Assembly (NCBI GenBank): GCA_963663895.2
Contig: CAXXRD010000001.1
Location: forward strand, 544,001 to 608,000
Length of the DNA: 64,000 bases
DNA from: Dehalococcoidia bacterium
Lineage (GTDB): Bacteria; Chloroflexota; Dehalococcoidia; Bin125
Direction: 5' to 3'
Shown piece after piece: positions 46,816 to 57,546 of this stretch (position 1 is its first letter; every line of letters starts with the position of its first letter). The notes under the pieces were generated by a model. That model was not told the DNA's origin. It was given only the letters and a program-made list of their open reading frames with translations, and ran no database searches. The position numbers and the translations under genes were made by a program.

Positions 46816-46945
46816 CGTTTCCTCCCGCTCACCCGCACCCTACCATCACCACCGCGGCCGCCGCCTCGATCGGCGGCCGGCGCGCCGGCGGACGCTGCTA
46901 GCATCAGGGCCTGAAGGCAGCGCCAGCAGGCAGAACGGTCGGAAG

Positions 46946-47893
46946 ATGGACGCGCCGTCCCTGTCCCAGACCTACCGCGCAATCTTGACGATCCGGCGCT
47001 TCGAGGAGCGTCTGCTCTCCCTTCACCACGAGGGCCTGATTCAGGGCTCGATGCACCTGTGCAACGGCCAAGAGGCTATCCCCGTGGGCGCCTGCCGTGA
47101 GTTGCGCGCCGACGACGCCCTGACCGCGACATACCGCGGGCACGGCTGGGCGATCGCGCGCGGCCTGCCTCTGCCCGATCTGTTCGCCGAGCTCATGGGC
47201 CGGGCTTCCCCGCTGTGCGGCGGCCGGGGCGGCTCCGCCTATCTGTGCGGCGCGCCGTACGGTTTCCTGGGCGAAAACTCGATCGTCGGCGCCGGCGTGC
47301 CCATCGCCGTCGGCGCCGCCCTGGCGGCACGGCGCGACGGCGACGGCGCGGTCAGCCTCGTCTCGATCGGCGACGGCGCCCTCAACCAAGGGGCGGTCGG
47401 CGAAGCCCTCAACTTCGCCGCCGTGCTAGCGCTGCCGCTCGTCGTCGTGGTCGAGAACAACGTCTACTCGGAGATGACCCCGATTAAGGAGATGGTCGCG
47501 ATCGACCCACTGGCGCAGCGGGCGGCCGGGTTCGGCATTCCCAGCGTCACCGTGGACGGCAACGACGCGGCCGTCGTCCAAGCCGCCGTGGCCGAGGCCG
47601 TGGCGCGAGCCCGGAGCGGCGAGGGGCCGACCTTGGTGGAAGCGATGACCGAGCGCCTCGTCGGGCACTACACCGGCGACGCGCAGCAGTACCGGCCCGC
47701 CGGGGAGGTGGAAGCAGCCAAGACCCGCGAGCCGTTGACCCGGCTGCGGGCGGCGGCGGGGCAGGAGCTCGGCACGGAGCTGGCGGCCGTTGACGAGGAG
47801 GTGGAGGCGGCGATCGAAGGCGCCGTCCAAGAGGCGATGCGCTACCCTCGCCCCGACCCCGCCGGGGCCGCTCTGGGCGTCTATGTCGACTAA
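46946..47893 (+). CDS. TPP-dependent dehydrogenase E1 alpha subunit (acetoin/pyruvate DH family)
   Basis: HLCNGQEA, YRGHG, GRGGS, GDGALNQG...ENN, RLVGH. Confidence 0.9.
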   Translation: MDAPSLSQTYRAILTIRRFEERLLSLHHEGLIQGSMHLCNGQEAIPVGACRELRADDALTATYRGHGWAIARGLPLPDLFAELMGRASPLCGGRGGSAYLCGAPYGFLGENSIVGAGVPIAVGAALAARRDGDGAVSLVSIGDGALNQGAVGEALNFAAVLALPLVVVVENNVYSEMTPIKEMVAIDPLAQRAAGFGIPSVTVDGNDAAVVQAAVAEAVARARSGEGPTLVEAMTERLVGHYTGDAQQYRPAGEVEAAKTREPLTRLRAAAGQELGTELAAVDEEVEAAIEGAVQEAMRYPRPDPAGAALGVYVD

Positions 47894-48884
47894 CGCCGCC
47901 ACCGGGGAGATCACCTACATCCGCGCCGTCAACGAGGGGCTACGGTGGGCGCTGCGCGAGTATCCCAAGGCCCTCATCCTCGGGGAGGACGTCGCCCTTC
48001 CCAACGGTCCCTTCGGCGCCACGCGCGGCCTGCACGGCGAGTTCGGCGACCGCGTCATCGATACGCCGATCACGGAATCGGCCTTCGTGGGGGCCGCCAT
48101 CGGTGCCGCCATGCGCGGCTACCGGCCGATCGTCGAGATCATGTTCATGGACTTCACGCAGGTGGCGATGGACCAACTCGTGAATCAGCTCCCCAACATC
48201 CACTACGTCTCCAACGGCGGCTTCCGCGTGCCGCTCACGATTCGCACGCAGCAAGGGCGCACGCCGGGATCCTGCGCGCAGCATTCCCAGAGCCTCGAAG
48301 CGGTGTTCGCGCACGTTCCCGGGATCCGCGTCGGCCTGCCCTCCAACCCGCAGGACGCCTACGACATGCTGCGCAGCGCCATCGCCTCCGACGATCCCGC
48401 CATGATTATCGAGAGCCGCGCCCTCTACGCCAGCAGGGGACCGGTCGATCTGGAGCGGCCGCTCGCCCCCATCGGCGGCGCGCAGTTGCGGCGGCCCGGC
48501 GAAGACGTGACCATCGTGAGTTGGTCGCGGATGGTCGGCGAAGCGGAGGCGGCGGCCCAACGCCTGGAGGCCGAGGGCATCAGCGCCGCCGTGATCGACT
48601 TGCGCTGGGTTTCGCCCGTCGATCACGACACGATCGCCGCGTCGCTCGAACGGACCGGACGGCTGGTGATCGCGCACGAGGCGAACCGCACCGCCGGCTT
48701 CGGCGCCGAGCTGGCCGCGTGGGCCACGGAGGAGCGCTTCTGGGACCTCGACGGCCCGGTGGCCCGCGTCGGCGCCCCGGACATCCGCATGCCCGCGGCC
48801 GCCACCTTGCAGGAGGCGCTGCTTCCGAGCGCGGAGTCCATCGCCGAGACGGTTCGGGCTACCCTGAACGCCGCACCGGCCTAG
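47883..48884 (+). CDS. TPP-dependent dehydrogenase E1 beta subunit
   Basis: GEDV, DTPITE, EIMFMDF, AQHSQS, IDLRW. Confidence 0.9.
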   Translation: MSTNAATGEITYIRAVNEGLRWALREYPKALILGEDVALPNGPFGATRGLHGEFGDRVIDTPITESAFVGAAIGAAMRGYRPIVEIMFMDFTQVAMDQLVNQLPNIHYVSNGGFRVPLTIRTQQGRTPGSCAQHSQSLEAVFAHVPGIRVGLPSNPQDAYDMLRSAIASDDPAMIIESRALYASRGPVDLERPLAPIGGAQLRRPGEDVTIVSWSRMVGEAEAAAQRLEAEGISAAVIDLRWVSPVDHDTIAASLERTGRLVIAHEANRTAGFGAELAAWATEERFWDLDGPVARVGAPDIRMPAAATLQEALLPSAESIAETVRATLNAAPA

Positions 48885-48908
48885 CCCCGGACGACCGGAG
48901 GGCGCCCC

Positions 48909-49706
48909 GTGGAGCTGCAGCGCCTCAAAGGCAAGATCGCGTTGATCACCGGCGGCGGCAGCGGCTTCGGCCGCGCCACCGCCCTGCGCTTCGCCGCGGA
49001 GGGCGCCGCGCAGGTGTTCCTGGTCGACCTCAAGCAAGACCGGCTTGACCGCGTCGTCGGCGAACTGGCCGCAACGGACGCCCGGGCCACGGGACTGTGT
49101 GCCGACGTCGGCCTCAGCACCGACTGTCGGCGGGTCGTCGACACCGCGGTCGAGACGGCCGGCCGCCTCGACATTCTGGTCAGCAACGCCGCCGCCTGGA
49201 CCGAGGAGGCCTTCCTCGACATGCAGGAGGACTCGTGGAACCGCGTCATCGCGGTCAACCTCAGCGCCTCCTTCCTGCTCGGCCAGGCGGCCGGACGCGT
49301 GATGAAGGAGCAAGGCGGCGGCGTGATCGCCTACACCTCCTCGATCTCCTCCCTCGGCGCCTCCAAGCTGTTCGCGCACTACAGCGTCACCAAGGCGGGG
49401 ATCGTGAACCTCGTCCAGAACATGGCGATCGAGTTGGCGCCGTACAAGATCCGCGTCAACTGCGTCAGCCCGGGCCCGGCCAACACCCAGCAGTCACGCG
49501 ACATCGTGGGCGAGGAGTTGATGCAGGAGTTCCAGCACAGCTTCCCGCTCGTCCCGCTGCAGCAACGGCTGATCGAGCCGGAGGAGATCGCGGCGGCTTT
49601 CGCGTTCCTCGCGTCGGACGACGCGGCGATGATCACGGGCCAGAACGTAGTGGTGGACGGCGGACTCACCGCACACGCCTATTCCATCCCGGAGGGAAGC
49701 GCATGA
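48909..49706 (+). CDS. Short-chain dehydrogenase/reductase
   Basis: TGGGSGFG, YSVTK, RVNCVSPG, VDGG. Confidence 0.92.
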   Translation: MELQRLKGKIALITGGGSGFGRATALRFAAEGAAQVFLVDLKQDRLDRVVGELAATDARATGLCADVGLSTDCRRVVDTAVETAGRLDILVSNAAAWTEEAFLDMQEDSWNRVIAVNLSASFLLGQAAGRVMKEQGGGVIAYTSSISSLGASKLFAHYSVTKAGIVNLVQNMAIELAPYKIRVNCVSPGPANTQQSRDIVGEELMQEFQHSFPLVPLQQRLIEPEEIAAAFAFLASDDAAMITGQNVVVDGGLTAHAYSIPEGSA

Positions 49707-50446
49707 AGATCCTACCGGACGTCTACATCGTTGGAGGCGGCGATTACGCCTTCAATCTCTCGAACCGTCTCGACTGTCACGTCTACCTAATCGACGGCGG
49801 CGACGAGATGGCGCTGATCGACACCGGCTTCGACGGGCCGGAGGAGATCCTGCAGAACATCAAGGACGACGGCATCGACCCGGGCCGCATCTCCACGATC
49901 TTCTCCACGCACTACCACGCCGATCACACGGGCGCCCTCGCCCGCGTCAAGCGAATGCTCGGCAACATCCCGGTCATCACCGGCGCGGAGGCGGCGCCGA
50001 CCATCCGCGCCGGCGACGCCGATCAGATCGGACTGACCTGGGCCCAATCCTTCAACTTCTATCCGCCGGAGTTCCGCTGGGAGGGCTGCGACGTCGAGGA
50101 CGAGATGACGGACGGCAAGCGCTTCCAGATCGGCAATATCGAGCTGGAGGCGATCGCCACGCCGGGCCACTGCATGGGCCACTACTGCATCCTCTCCCAC
50201 AACAGCGCGCGCGCCTGCCTCTTCAGCAGCGACCACATCTTCTGGGGGGGGCGCATCATCTTGCAGAACGTGCAGGACTCCAGCGTGCAAGAGTACGCCG
50301 ATTCCATGAATAAGCTGCTGGACTACGAGTTCGAAGCGCTGCTCCCGGGCCACCTGACACCGTCGCTGCGGAACGGGAAGCGGCACGTGGTCGCCGCCGC
50401 CGATCAGTTCAACCGCATCGGTCTGCCGAAAGGGCTGCTCGACTAA
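49703..50446 (+). CDS. Metallo-beta-lactamase-fold hydrolase
   Basis: THYHADH, TPGH, FSSD and LPGH metal ligands; ATGA overlap with the SDR stop. Confidence 0.9.
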   Translation: MKILPDVYIVGGGDYAFNLSNRLDCHVYLIDGGDEMALIDTGFDGPEEILQNIKDDGIDPGRISTIFSTHYHADHTGALARVKRMLGNIPVITGAEAAPTIRAGDADQIGLTWAQSFNFYPPEFRWEGCDVEDEMTDGKRFQIGNIELEAIATPGHCMGHYCILSHNSARACLFSSDHIFWGGRIILQNVQDSSVQEYADSMNKLLDYEFEALLPGHLTPSLRNGKRHVVAAADQFNRIGLPKGLLD

Positions 50447-50464
50447 CGGGCCGAACGGCTCGCC

Positions 50465-50788
50465 TCAGGCGGGATGCGGCGCCGGATCTTCCGCGAAGAA
50501 GCGCCGGACCGCCTCGGTATCCGCGAAGCGGGGCGTATCGGCACGGGCGGCTTGCCCCGCGGAACTTTGAAACGCGGTCAGGGCGGCCTCAACGGAGTCG
50601 AACCAAAGCTGGCCGATGCCGTCGTACACGGGTTCGTATCCCGGAGCGGAAAGCGTCGGCCCGAACTGATAGCGGCGCAGCCCCGGGAGTCGCCCGATGA
50701 GCGCCGCGTGGTCCTGCGTCCAGAGCCGGAGAAAGGTCTCGCGATCGAGATCGGCGCGACGCTTGACCAACACGATGTAGCGAACCAC
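50465..50788 (-). CDS. EthD-family protein
   Basis: W...HAALIGRLPGLRRY, YDGIGQLWFDS, ADTPRF. Confidence 0.85.
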   Translation of the reverse strand: MVRYIVLVKRRADLDRETFLRLWTQDHAALIGRLPGLRRYQFGPTLSAPGYEPVYDGIGQLWFDSVEAALTAFQSSAGQAARADTPRFADTEAVRRFFAEDPAPHPA

Positions 50789-50799
50789 TGCCGGCCTGA

Positions 50800-51573
50800 C
50801 TACACCGCCAGGTAGCCACCGTCGACCACGAAGGCGGCCCCCGTCACGTAAGAAGCTTCGGGCGAGGCCAGGAAGGCAACGGCGGCGGCGATCTCGTCGG
50901 CCGTTCCCATCCGTCCTATCGGCTGCGCCTCGTTCGCGATCCGCTCCGCCTCCTTAGGGTCATCGGCGCCGTTGATGTAATCCCAGCTCAACTGCGTGGC
51001 GATGATGCCGGGACAAACGCAGTTGGCGCGGATCCCCTGCTTGGCGTACTCGGTCGCCAGCGTGCGCGTCATATTAATCATGCCCGCCTTCGCCGCGTTG
51101 TAGCCAACGTTGCCCGGCCAGGACACCTCGCCCGCGATCGAGGAGACGTTGATGACGATGCCGGAGCCGCGCGCCAGGAAGTGCGGCAGCGCCGCGCGCG
51201 CCATCACGAACGGGATCGTGAGGTGGATCGCGAGCATCCGCTCCCAGAGTTCGTCGTTGTAATCGGCGAAGGCGACCGGCTGCGTCACGTCGAGCCCGGC
51301 GTTCCCCACGATCACCTCCAGGTCACCCAGCCGCTCGATCGCGTCGGACACCAACCGGACCGCCTGGACGCGATCGGTGAGGTCAGCCTGGAACGTCTCC
51401 GCCCGGACGCCGCGGGCGCGAAGCTCGCCCGCCACGCTTTCCGCTTCGTCCATATGCGCGTAGCCGCACACGGCGATGTCGCGCCCCTGCTCGGCGAGCT
51501 TGCGCGCCGACGCCGCACCGATGCCACGCGACGACCCGGTAACGAGCGCAGGACCTAACTTCTCCGCGCCCAT
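50800..51573 (-). CDS. Short-chain dehydrogenase/reductase
   Basis: TGSSRGIG, NAG, YNAAK, RANCVCPG, VDGG. Confidence 0.92.
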   Translation of the reverse strand: MGAEKLGPALVTGSSRGIGAASARKLAEQGRDIAVCGYAHMDEAESVAGELRARGVRAETFQADLTDRVQAVRLVSDAIERLGDLEVIVGNAGLDVTQPVAFADYNDELWERMLAIHLTIPFVMARAALPHFLARGSGIVINVSSIAGEVSWPGNVGYNAAKAGMINMTRTLATEYAKQGIRANCVCPGIIATQLSWDYINGADDPKEAERIANEAQPIGRMGTADEIAAAVAFLASPEASYVTGAAFVVDGGYLAV

Positions 51574-51823
51574 TGCGCTTCCTTTCACAAAATCTATCGG
51601 GGATCGCCGTTCGGCCGACCTCTTTGGGAGGCGGATCCTCCAGCACTCCCGACCATAATGTCAATGAGCCGCTCCCAAGCCGAACCACGTTCGAAAACCT
51701 ATCCAATCCTCCTATACTCCGCACCATGAGAGGCTGCGCTGCGTGCTGCGAGAAGCACGGCGCGGATAATGGAGCGAGCGCTGCCGCCGATCGAGCGACA
51801 GCGTTTTAAGAAAGGAGTGCGAG

Positions 51824-53554
51824 ATGTCCCTTGAAGACCGCCGGAGGACGCTGCGCGGGCGCAGCGTAAGCAGGCGCGCGCTGCTTTCCGCAGCGGGGTC
51901 GGCTGGCGTTGGCGCCGCGGGCCTCGCTCTCGTTGGCTGTGGCGACGACGATGATGCCGATGCAGATGCCGTAGCGGAGACCGCCGAGCCCGCCGCGCCC
52001 GCACCGGAGCCGGAGGTGGTCGCAGAGGCGCCCGCCGGGCCGGTATCGGGCGGGATTCTGCGCGAGGGCTACAGCCGCGGCAGCGAGCGCATGGACCCTA
52101 TCGCGGCGTTGTGGTGGGACGGGTCGTCGTTCCCCGCGGTGCATGAGACGCTCTTCGCCCTCGACGAAAACGCCGAGAACCTGCCGCTGCTCGCCGCCGG
52201 CTGGGAGATCAGCGATGACGGACTCAGCTGGAACTTCCAGATGCGCGACGGGCTGACGTTCCACACCGGCAAGCCGATCAATGCGGAAACCGTGGCCGCT
52301 TCGCTGAATTGGACCAACAACCCCGAGGGCGGCGGCTTCGTCTTCCTGTTCTGGGGACCGGTCGAGAGCATCACCGCGACCCCGGACAACACCGTACGGA
52401 TCGACTTCTCCCACCCCTTCATCGGATTCCCCACGGTCGCCAACAACGGCTACGCCACGGTGTTCGACACGGAGCTGTGGGAGCAGCTGCGCGGCGATTA
52501 CGGCACGACCGGCGAGGACGGAGGCAGCGGACCCTTCACGCTGACCGAGTACGTCCCGGGAAGCCATCTGGAGGTGGCGCGCTGGGCCGACTACCAGGGT
52601 TCCACGTTGCCCTTCCATCAAAACCAGGGCCCGGCATACATCGACGGCATTCGCTGGGTCGACGTGCCGGAGGCCGCGACGCGGGCGGCCGAGCTCGAAG
52701 AGGGCAACATCGACGCCCTGCACGCACCTGCGTTCTCCGACGTCCAGCGGCTGAAGGACAACCCCGACTTGGTCGTGATCGAGAACGTGACCTGGGGCCA
52801 CTACTTCATGGGCCTCAACCACGAGCGCGCCAACCTGGGATTCAACGACCCGCGCGTGCGGCTCGCGATCTCCAAGGCGATCAACCGCCAAGCGATCGTC
52901 GACACCGTCTTCTTTGGCTCGGGTGAGCCGGCCTACGGCTTCGTGCCCACGGCCGACAAGTACTACGACGCCGGCGTCGTCGACTTCAGCCAATACGACC
53001 CCGAAACCGCCGCCAGTTTGCTCGACGCAGCGGGCTGGTCGATCGGCAGCGACGGCATCCGCGAATCCGGCGGGGACCGCATGTCGTTCACTCTTCCCTC
53101 CGAGCCCGCGGATGAGGAAACCCAAGTCGCTCAGGCGGTCCAGGAGTTCCTGCGTGACGCAGGCGTCGATATGAACTTCACCCCGACGGAAACCGTCTTC
53201 GGGGACATCATTGAGGGAGACATCGACGGCTACTTCTTCAACAACCTCTGGCACGACATGATCGACGGCACCCTCTTCTGGGCGAAAGGGGAGTTCATCG
53301 GCGGCTGCTGCAACGGCGCCCGCGCCAACATCCCCGAGGTCAACGAGGGCTACGACAAGTGGATCATGGCGGCGACCGAAGAGGAGCGCGAAGCAGCCTC
53401 ACGCCAGATCCAGCTCGCCGCGGCGGAGCAGGTGCCGTTCCTGCCCATCGTGACGCCCGCCAACGTCTGGGTGCACAACCAGCGCGTACACGGCTGGGAT
53501 CCGCTGCAGCCCAACCTCTACCCCTTCTACCAAGACGTTTGGATCGAGGCGTAG
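51824..53554 (+). CDS. Family-5 ABC substrate-binding lipoprotein with a Tat signal
   Basis: SRRALL, LVGC lipobox, GSGPF, FNDPRVRLAISKAINR. Confidence 0.92.
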   Translation: MSLEDRRRTLRGRSVSRRALLSAAGSAGVGAAGLALVGCGDDDDADADAVAETAEPAAPAPEPEVVAEAPAGPVSGGILREGYSRGSERMDPIAALWWDGSSFPAVHETLFALDENAENLPLLAAGWEISDDGLSWNFQMRDGLTFHTGKPINAETVAASLNWTNNPEGGGFVFLFWGPVESITATPDNTVRIDFSHPFIGFPTVANNGYATVFDTELWEQLRGDYGTTGEDGGSGPFTLTEYVPGSHLEVARWADYQGSTLPFHQNQGPAYIDGIRWVDVPEAATRAAELEEGNIDALHAPAFSDVQRLKDNPDLVVIENVTWGHYFMGLNHERANLGFNDPRVRLAISKAINRQAIVDTVFFGSGEPAYGFVPTADKYYDAGVVDFSQYDPETAASLLDAAGWSIGSDGIRESGGDRMSFTLPSEPADEETQVAQAVQEFLRDAGVDMNFTPTETVFGDIIEGDIDGYFFNNLWHDMIDGTLFWAKGEFIGGCCNGARANIPEVNEGYDKWIMAATEEEREAASRQIQLAAAEQVPFLPIVTPANVWVHNQRVHGWDPLQPNLYPFYQDVWIEA

Positions 53555-53586
53555 AGAAGCAGCGAAGCAACCCGGGATCGCGATCG

Positions 53587-53618
53587 GGCCGGAGGCGGCG
53601 GATCCGCCGCCTCCGGCC
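53587..53618. other. Perfect 32-bp palindrome (intercistronic stem-loop) between the SBP and permease genes
   Basis: GGCCGGAGGCGGCGGA-TCCGCCGCCTCCGGCC; no U-tract. Confidence 0.75.
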
Positions 53619-53643
53619 TGCGGAGCGCAGGGAGTAGGCTTCC

Positions 53644-54579
53644 GTGCTGCGCTATCTGCTGTGGCGGTCGGTCTACACCGTCGCCGTCATCTTCGCGGCG
53701 TCCCTCGTCATCTTTTTCACGCTGCGGATCTCACCGGGGACGCCCGAGTTCATCATCCATCAGCCCATGGCGGCCGAGGAAGAGCGCCAGCGCTTCCGGG
53801 AGGAGCAGGGGCTCAACGATCCCATCATCGTCCAGTACGGGAACTTCCTGGGGGACGTGTTCCGAGGCGATCTCGGGACCTCGATCGACAGCAATATCCC
53901 GGTCGTCGACCTGATCGCCGAGTTCGGCAAAAACAGCGCCATCCTCGTCGCGGCCGGCGTGCTGGTCACCTTCAGCATCGCCATCCCCCTCGGCGTGATC
54001 GCCGCCGTCAAGCGCAACAGCTGGATCGACCAGACGATCATGGGCTTCGCCGCCCTCGGCATGGGCATTCCCAACTTCATCCTGGCGCTGTTCTTGATCC
54101 TGGTCATCGGCATCGAGCTGGACTGGCTGCCCATCTCCGGCAAAGGCGGCATTAAGCACCTCATCTTGCCCACTATCGTTCTCGCGGCGGAGGGGGTCGC
54201 CGTGATGCTGCGCCTGATGCGCGCCTCCATGCTGGATCAGCTCCAGCAGGACTACATCCGCACGCTCCGCGCTAAAGGGCTGAGTCGCTGGCGCACCATC
54301 TGGCAGCACGCGCTTCGCAACGCGCTGCTGCCGATCATCTCGCTCTCGGCGCTCCAAGTCGCGGCACTGATCGGCTACACCTTCGTGGTGGAGACGATCT
54401 TCCGCTGGCCCGGCATCAGCCGGCTGTTGATCGAGAGCATCCTCCAGCGCGACTACCCGGTCGCCTTGATGATCACCTTGCTCTTTACGATCGCGGTCAT
54501 CCTCGCCAACTTCGTCGCCAACATCGCCTACAGCCTCGTGGACCCCCGTATCCGCCAGGAAACGATGCTGCGCGTATGA
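53644..54579 (+). CDS. ABC permease (DppB/OppB type)
   Basis: GDLGTS, DYIRTLRAKGL, HALRNA, VETIFRWPG, DPRIR. Confidence 0.93.
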   Translation: MLRYLLWRSVYTVAVIFAASLVIFFTLRISPGTPEFIIHQPMAAEEERQRFREEQGLNDPIIVQYGNFLGDVFRGDLGTSIDSNIPVVDLIAEFGKNSAILVAAGVLVTFSIAIPLGVIAAVKRNSWIDQTIMGFAALGMGIPNFILALFLILVIGIELDWLPISGKGGIKHLILPTIVLAAEGVAVMLRLMRASMLDQLQQDYIRTLRAKGLSRWRTIWQHALRNALLPIISLSALQVAALIGYTFVVETIFRWPGISRLLIESILQRDYPVALMITLLFTIAVILANFVANIAYSLVDPRIRQETMLRV

Positions 54580-55508
54580 GCGCCCTCCAAGACGCGGCCC
54601 TCTGGCACGAGCCGCCGGCGCCCGAGCAGACCCGCCGGCACCAGCTCCACGCCGGCCTGCGGCTGCTGGCGCGCAACCGGCTGGCGCTGATCGGCGGCGG
54701 CATCAGCCTCGTTTTCGTGCTCATCGGCATCGCAGGCATCGTTATCATCGGCTTCGATCGGTTCCACGATCTCTACCTCGACCAGACCCTCGACTCCGCC
54801 GTCATCCTGCGGGCGCCCTTCACAGGCGAGAACGTCCTGGGCACCGACGCCCTCGGCCGCGACCTGCTCGCGCGCACCGTGGCCGGGATCGGCGTATCGA
54901 TCATGCTGGCGCTGGCGATCACGGCCCTGACGCTCATCATCGGCATGGTGCTGGGCACCGTCGCGGCCTTCTACGGCGGCTGGATCGACGTGGTGATCAG
55001 TGCCGTCATCGACGTGACCTGGGGCTTTCCCATCATCCTGCTGGCGGTGGCGCTGTCCGGCGTCTTCGACCGAGGGATCGAAGTCGTGATCCTCTCGGTC
55101 CCGCTGATCCTTTGGGCCGGCTTCGCACGGATCGTGCGCGGAGAAGGGCTCAGCCTGCGGGAACGGGACTTCGTTAAGGCCGCCCGCGCGATGGGCGTGC
55201 CGGACTGGAAGATCATCCTGCGGCACTTCGTGCCGAACCTCGTCGCCCCGACGATCGTCATGGGCACCTACTACATCCCCGTGGTGATCGTGTTCGAAGG
55301 CGCACTCTCTTTCCTCGGCCTCGGGACGCAACCGCCAACGCCAAGCCTCGGGCTCATGGCGGCTGAAGGCCGGCAGCATCTCCTCAATGGCGATCACTGG
55401 GTCGTTACGGTGCCCGGCGTTTCGCTCGTGCTGATGGTGGTCGGCTTCAACACCCTTGGGGATGGCCTGCGCGACATCCTCGATCCCAGACTGCGAGGCG
55501 TGCGATGA
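54576..55508 (+). CDS. ABC permease (DppC/OppC type)
   Basis: LGTDALGRD, FVKAARAMG, LSFLGLG, GDGLRDILDPR. Confidence 0.93.
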   Translation: MSALQDAALWHEPPAPEQTRRHQLHAGLRLLARNRLALIGGGISLVFVLIGIAGIVIIGFDRFHDLYLDQTLDSAVILRAPFTGENVLGTDALGRDLLARTVAGIGVSIMLALAITALTLIIGMVLGTVAAFYGGWIDVVISAVIDVTWGFPIILLAVALSGVFDRGIEVVILSVPLILWAGFARIVRGEGLSLRERDFVKAARAMGVPDWKIILRHFVPNLVAPTIVMGTYYIPVVIVFEGALSFLGLGTQPPTPSLGLMAAEGRQHLLNGDHWVVTVPGVSLVLMVVGFNTLGDGLRDILDPRLRGVR

Positions 55509-56500
55509 CGGCCGACGCGACACTCCTCCGCATCCTTGATCTCACCGTCGACCTCGCCACCGAGGAGGGCAAGGTCCGCCCTGTGGACGGCGTCTCCCTC
55601 TCCCTAGCCACCGGGGAGATCCTGGGGCTCGTCGGGGAAAGTGGATGCGGCAAGACGATGACCGCCCTCGCGATCATGCGCCTCCTGCCCGAGCCGGGCT
55701 CCCGCACCAGTGGCGCCGTTCGGCTCATGGACCGCGACCTCCTGGCCCTGCCGGAGGCCGACATGCGACGCGTGCGCGGCCCTTCGATCTCGATGATCTT
55801 CCAGGAACCGATGACCAGTCTCGACCCGGTCTTCACGATCGGCCATCAATTAACGGAAACCATGCGCGCCCACCACAAGATCGGCCGCCACGAGGCCCGT
55901 GAACGCGCCATCGGCATCCTGGAACGCGTTGGCATTCCCAACCCCGCGCAACGCCTGAACGACTACCCGCACCAGCTCTCCGGCGGCATGCGGCAGCGTG
56001 TCATGATCGCGATCGCCCTCATCCTCGAGCCGCAGCTTCTTATCGCGGACGAACCCACGACGGCCCTGGACGTCACTATCCAGGCCCAGATCCTCGAATT
56101 GATCGACGACCTCCGCCAGCGCTCGCACATGAGCGTGCTCCTGATCAGCCACGACCTCGCCGTGGTCGGACAGGTGGCCGAACGCGTCGCCGTCATGTAC
56201 GCGGGGGAGGTCGTCGAGACCATGCCCACGACCAGCCTCTTCGTCGCACCGCGCCACCCCTACACCCAGGGCCTGCTCCGCTGTATCCCAGGCCTCGCGC
56301 ACGACAGCGGCGCAACCGAAGCCCGCCTCCATGTGATCGAGGGGCGCGTCCCGGAACTGCGGAACTTGCCGCCGGCGTGTCGTTTCGCCCCTCGCTGCCC
56401 TTACGCTATGGACCGCTGCTGGAACGAGCGTCCCCAACTGGAGAAGGTCGCGGATGAGCAATACCTCCGCTGCTGGAACCCGCAGCCCTTCCGTGCCTGA
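55505..56500 (+). CDS. ABC ATPase (DppD/OppD type)
   Basis: GESGCGKT, LSGGMRQR, DEPTTALD, Cys-rich C-terminus. Confidence 0.95.
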   Translation: MTADATLLRILDLTVDLATEEGKVRPVDGVSLSLATGEILGLVGESGCGKTMTALAIMRLLPEPGSRTSGAVRLMDRDLLALPEADMRRVRGPSISMIFQEPMTSLDPVFTIGHQLTETMRAHHKIGRHEARERAIGILERVGIPNPAQRLNDYPHQLSGGMRQRVMIAIALILEPQLLIADEPTTALDVTIQAQILELIDDLRQRSHMSVLLISHDLAVVGQVAERVAVMYAGEVVETMPTTSLFVAPRHPYTQGLLRCIPGLAHDSGATEARLHVIEGRVPELRNLPPACRFAPRCPYAMDRCWNERPQLEKVADEQYLRCWNPQPFRA

Positions 56501-57494
56501 AGCGCCGCCGCTCCTCGAGGTCCACAACCTCAGCAAGCGCTTCCCGGTGCGGCGCGACCTCCTGGGCCGTCCCACGAGCTGGCTCAGCGCCGTCGACGCG
56601 GTGAGCTTCACGATCCGGCGCGGCGAAACGTTCAGCATCGTCGGCGAAACCGGCTGCGGGAAGAGCACGCTGGGACACCTGATCATCCGCCTGCAGCCTG
56701 CGGATACGGGCAGCGTCCTTTTCGACGGCGAGGCCGTTCTCAGCTCCAGTCGTCACCATCTTGGGCAGCTGCGGCAGCGGATGCAGCTCGTCTTCCAAGA
56801 CCCGTTTTCCTCGTTAAACCCACGGATGAAGGTCGGCGCGATCGTCTCGGAAGGCATGCACCGCCTTCGTCTCGGCCGCGCGAACCAACGCCGCCGTACC
56901 CAGGAAGTCTTGGAGATGGTCAGGCTCGCTCAATCCTACGCCGCTCGCTACCCGCACGAGCTCAGCGGCGGACAGCGCCAGCGCGTCGCGATCGCGCGCG
57001 CGCTGGCCGCCAATCCTGAGTTCCTCATCCTGGACGAGCCGGTCAGCGCGCTCGACGTCTCGATCCAAAGCCAGGTGCTGAATCTCCTCCACGACCTCCA
57101 GCAGGAACTCAACCTCACCTACCTCTTCATCAGCCATGATCTGGCAGTCGTGCGCCACATCTCGGACCGGGTCGGAGTAATGTACCTGGGCAAGCTGGTC
57201 GAAACGGCGGACCGGGATGATCTCTTCGGAAACCCGCTTCATCCCTACACGCAAGCGTTGCTATCCGCGATTCCGCGTCCCCAAGCCCGCGACCAGCACC
57301 GGGATCGCATTAGCCTCGAAGGGGAAGCCCTAAGCCCGATCGACCCGCCACGGCAGTGCCGATTCGCCAGCCGCTGCTTCCGCGTGATCGATCGTTGCTG
57401 GACGGAGGTGCCACCGACGGAGTCACAGAAACCCGAGCACGACGCTGCTTGCTTTAACATCGCCCCGCCCACCGATGCAACGGCGGGTCCGTAA
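56493..57494 (+). CDS. ABC ATPase (DppF/OppF type)
   Basis: GETGCGKS, LSGGQRQR, DEPVSALD; GTG 56493. Confidence 0.95.
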   Translation: MPEAPPLLEVHNLSKRFPVRRDLLGRPTSWLSAVDAVSFTIRRGETFSIVGETGCGKSTLGHLIIRLQPADTGSVLFDGEAVLSSSRHHLGQLRQRMQLVFQDPFSSLNPRMKVGAIVSEGMHRLRLGRANQRRRTQEVLEMVRLAQSYAARYPHELSGGQRQRVAIARALAANPEFLILDEPVSALDVSIQSQVLNLLHDLQQELNLTYLFISHDLAVVRHISDRVGVMYLGKLVETADRDDLFGNPLHPYTQALLSAIPRPQARDQHRDRISLEGEALSPIDPPRQCRFASRCFRVIDRCWTEVPPTESQKPEHDAACFNIAPPTDATAGP

Positions 57495-57546
57495 TGCGCG
57501 AACAGATCGATCCAGTGGAGCCGCACGCAAAAGATCGGAGAGCACA

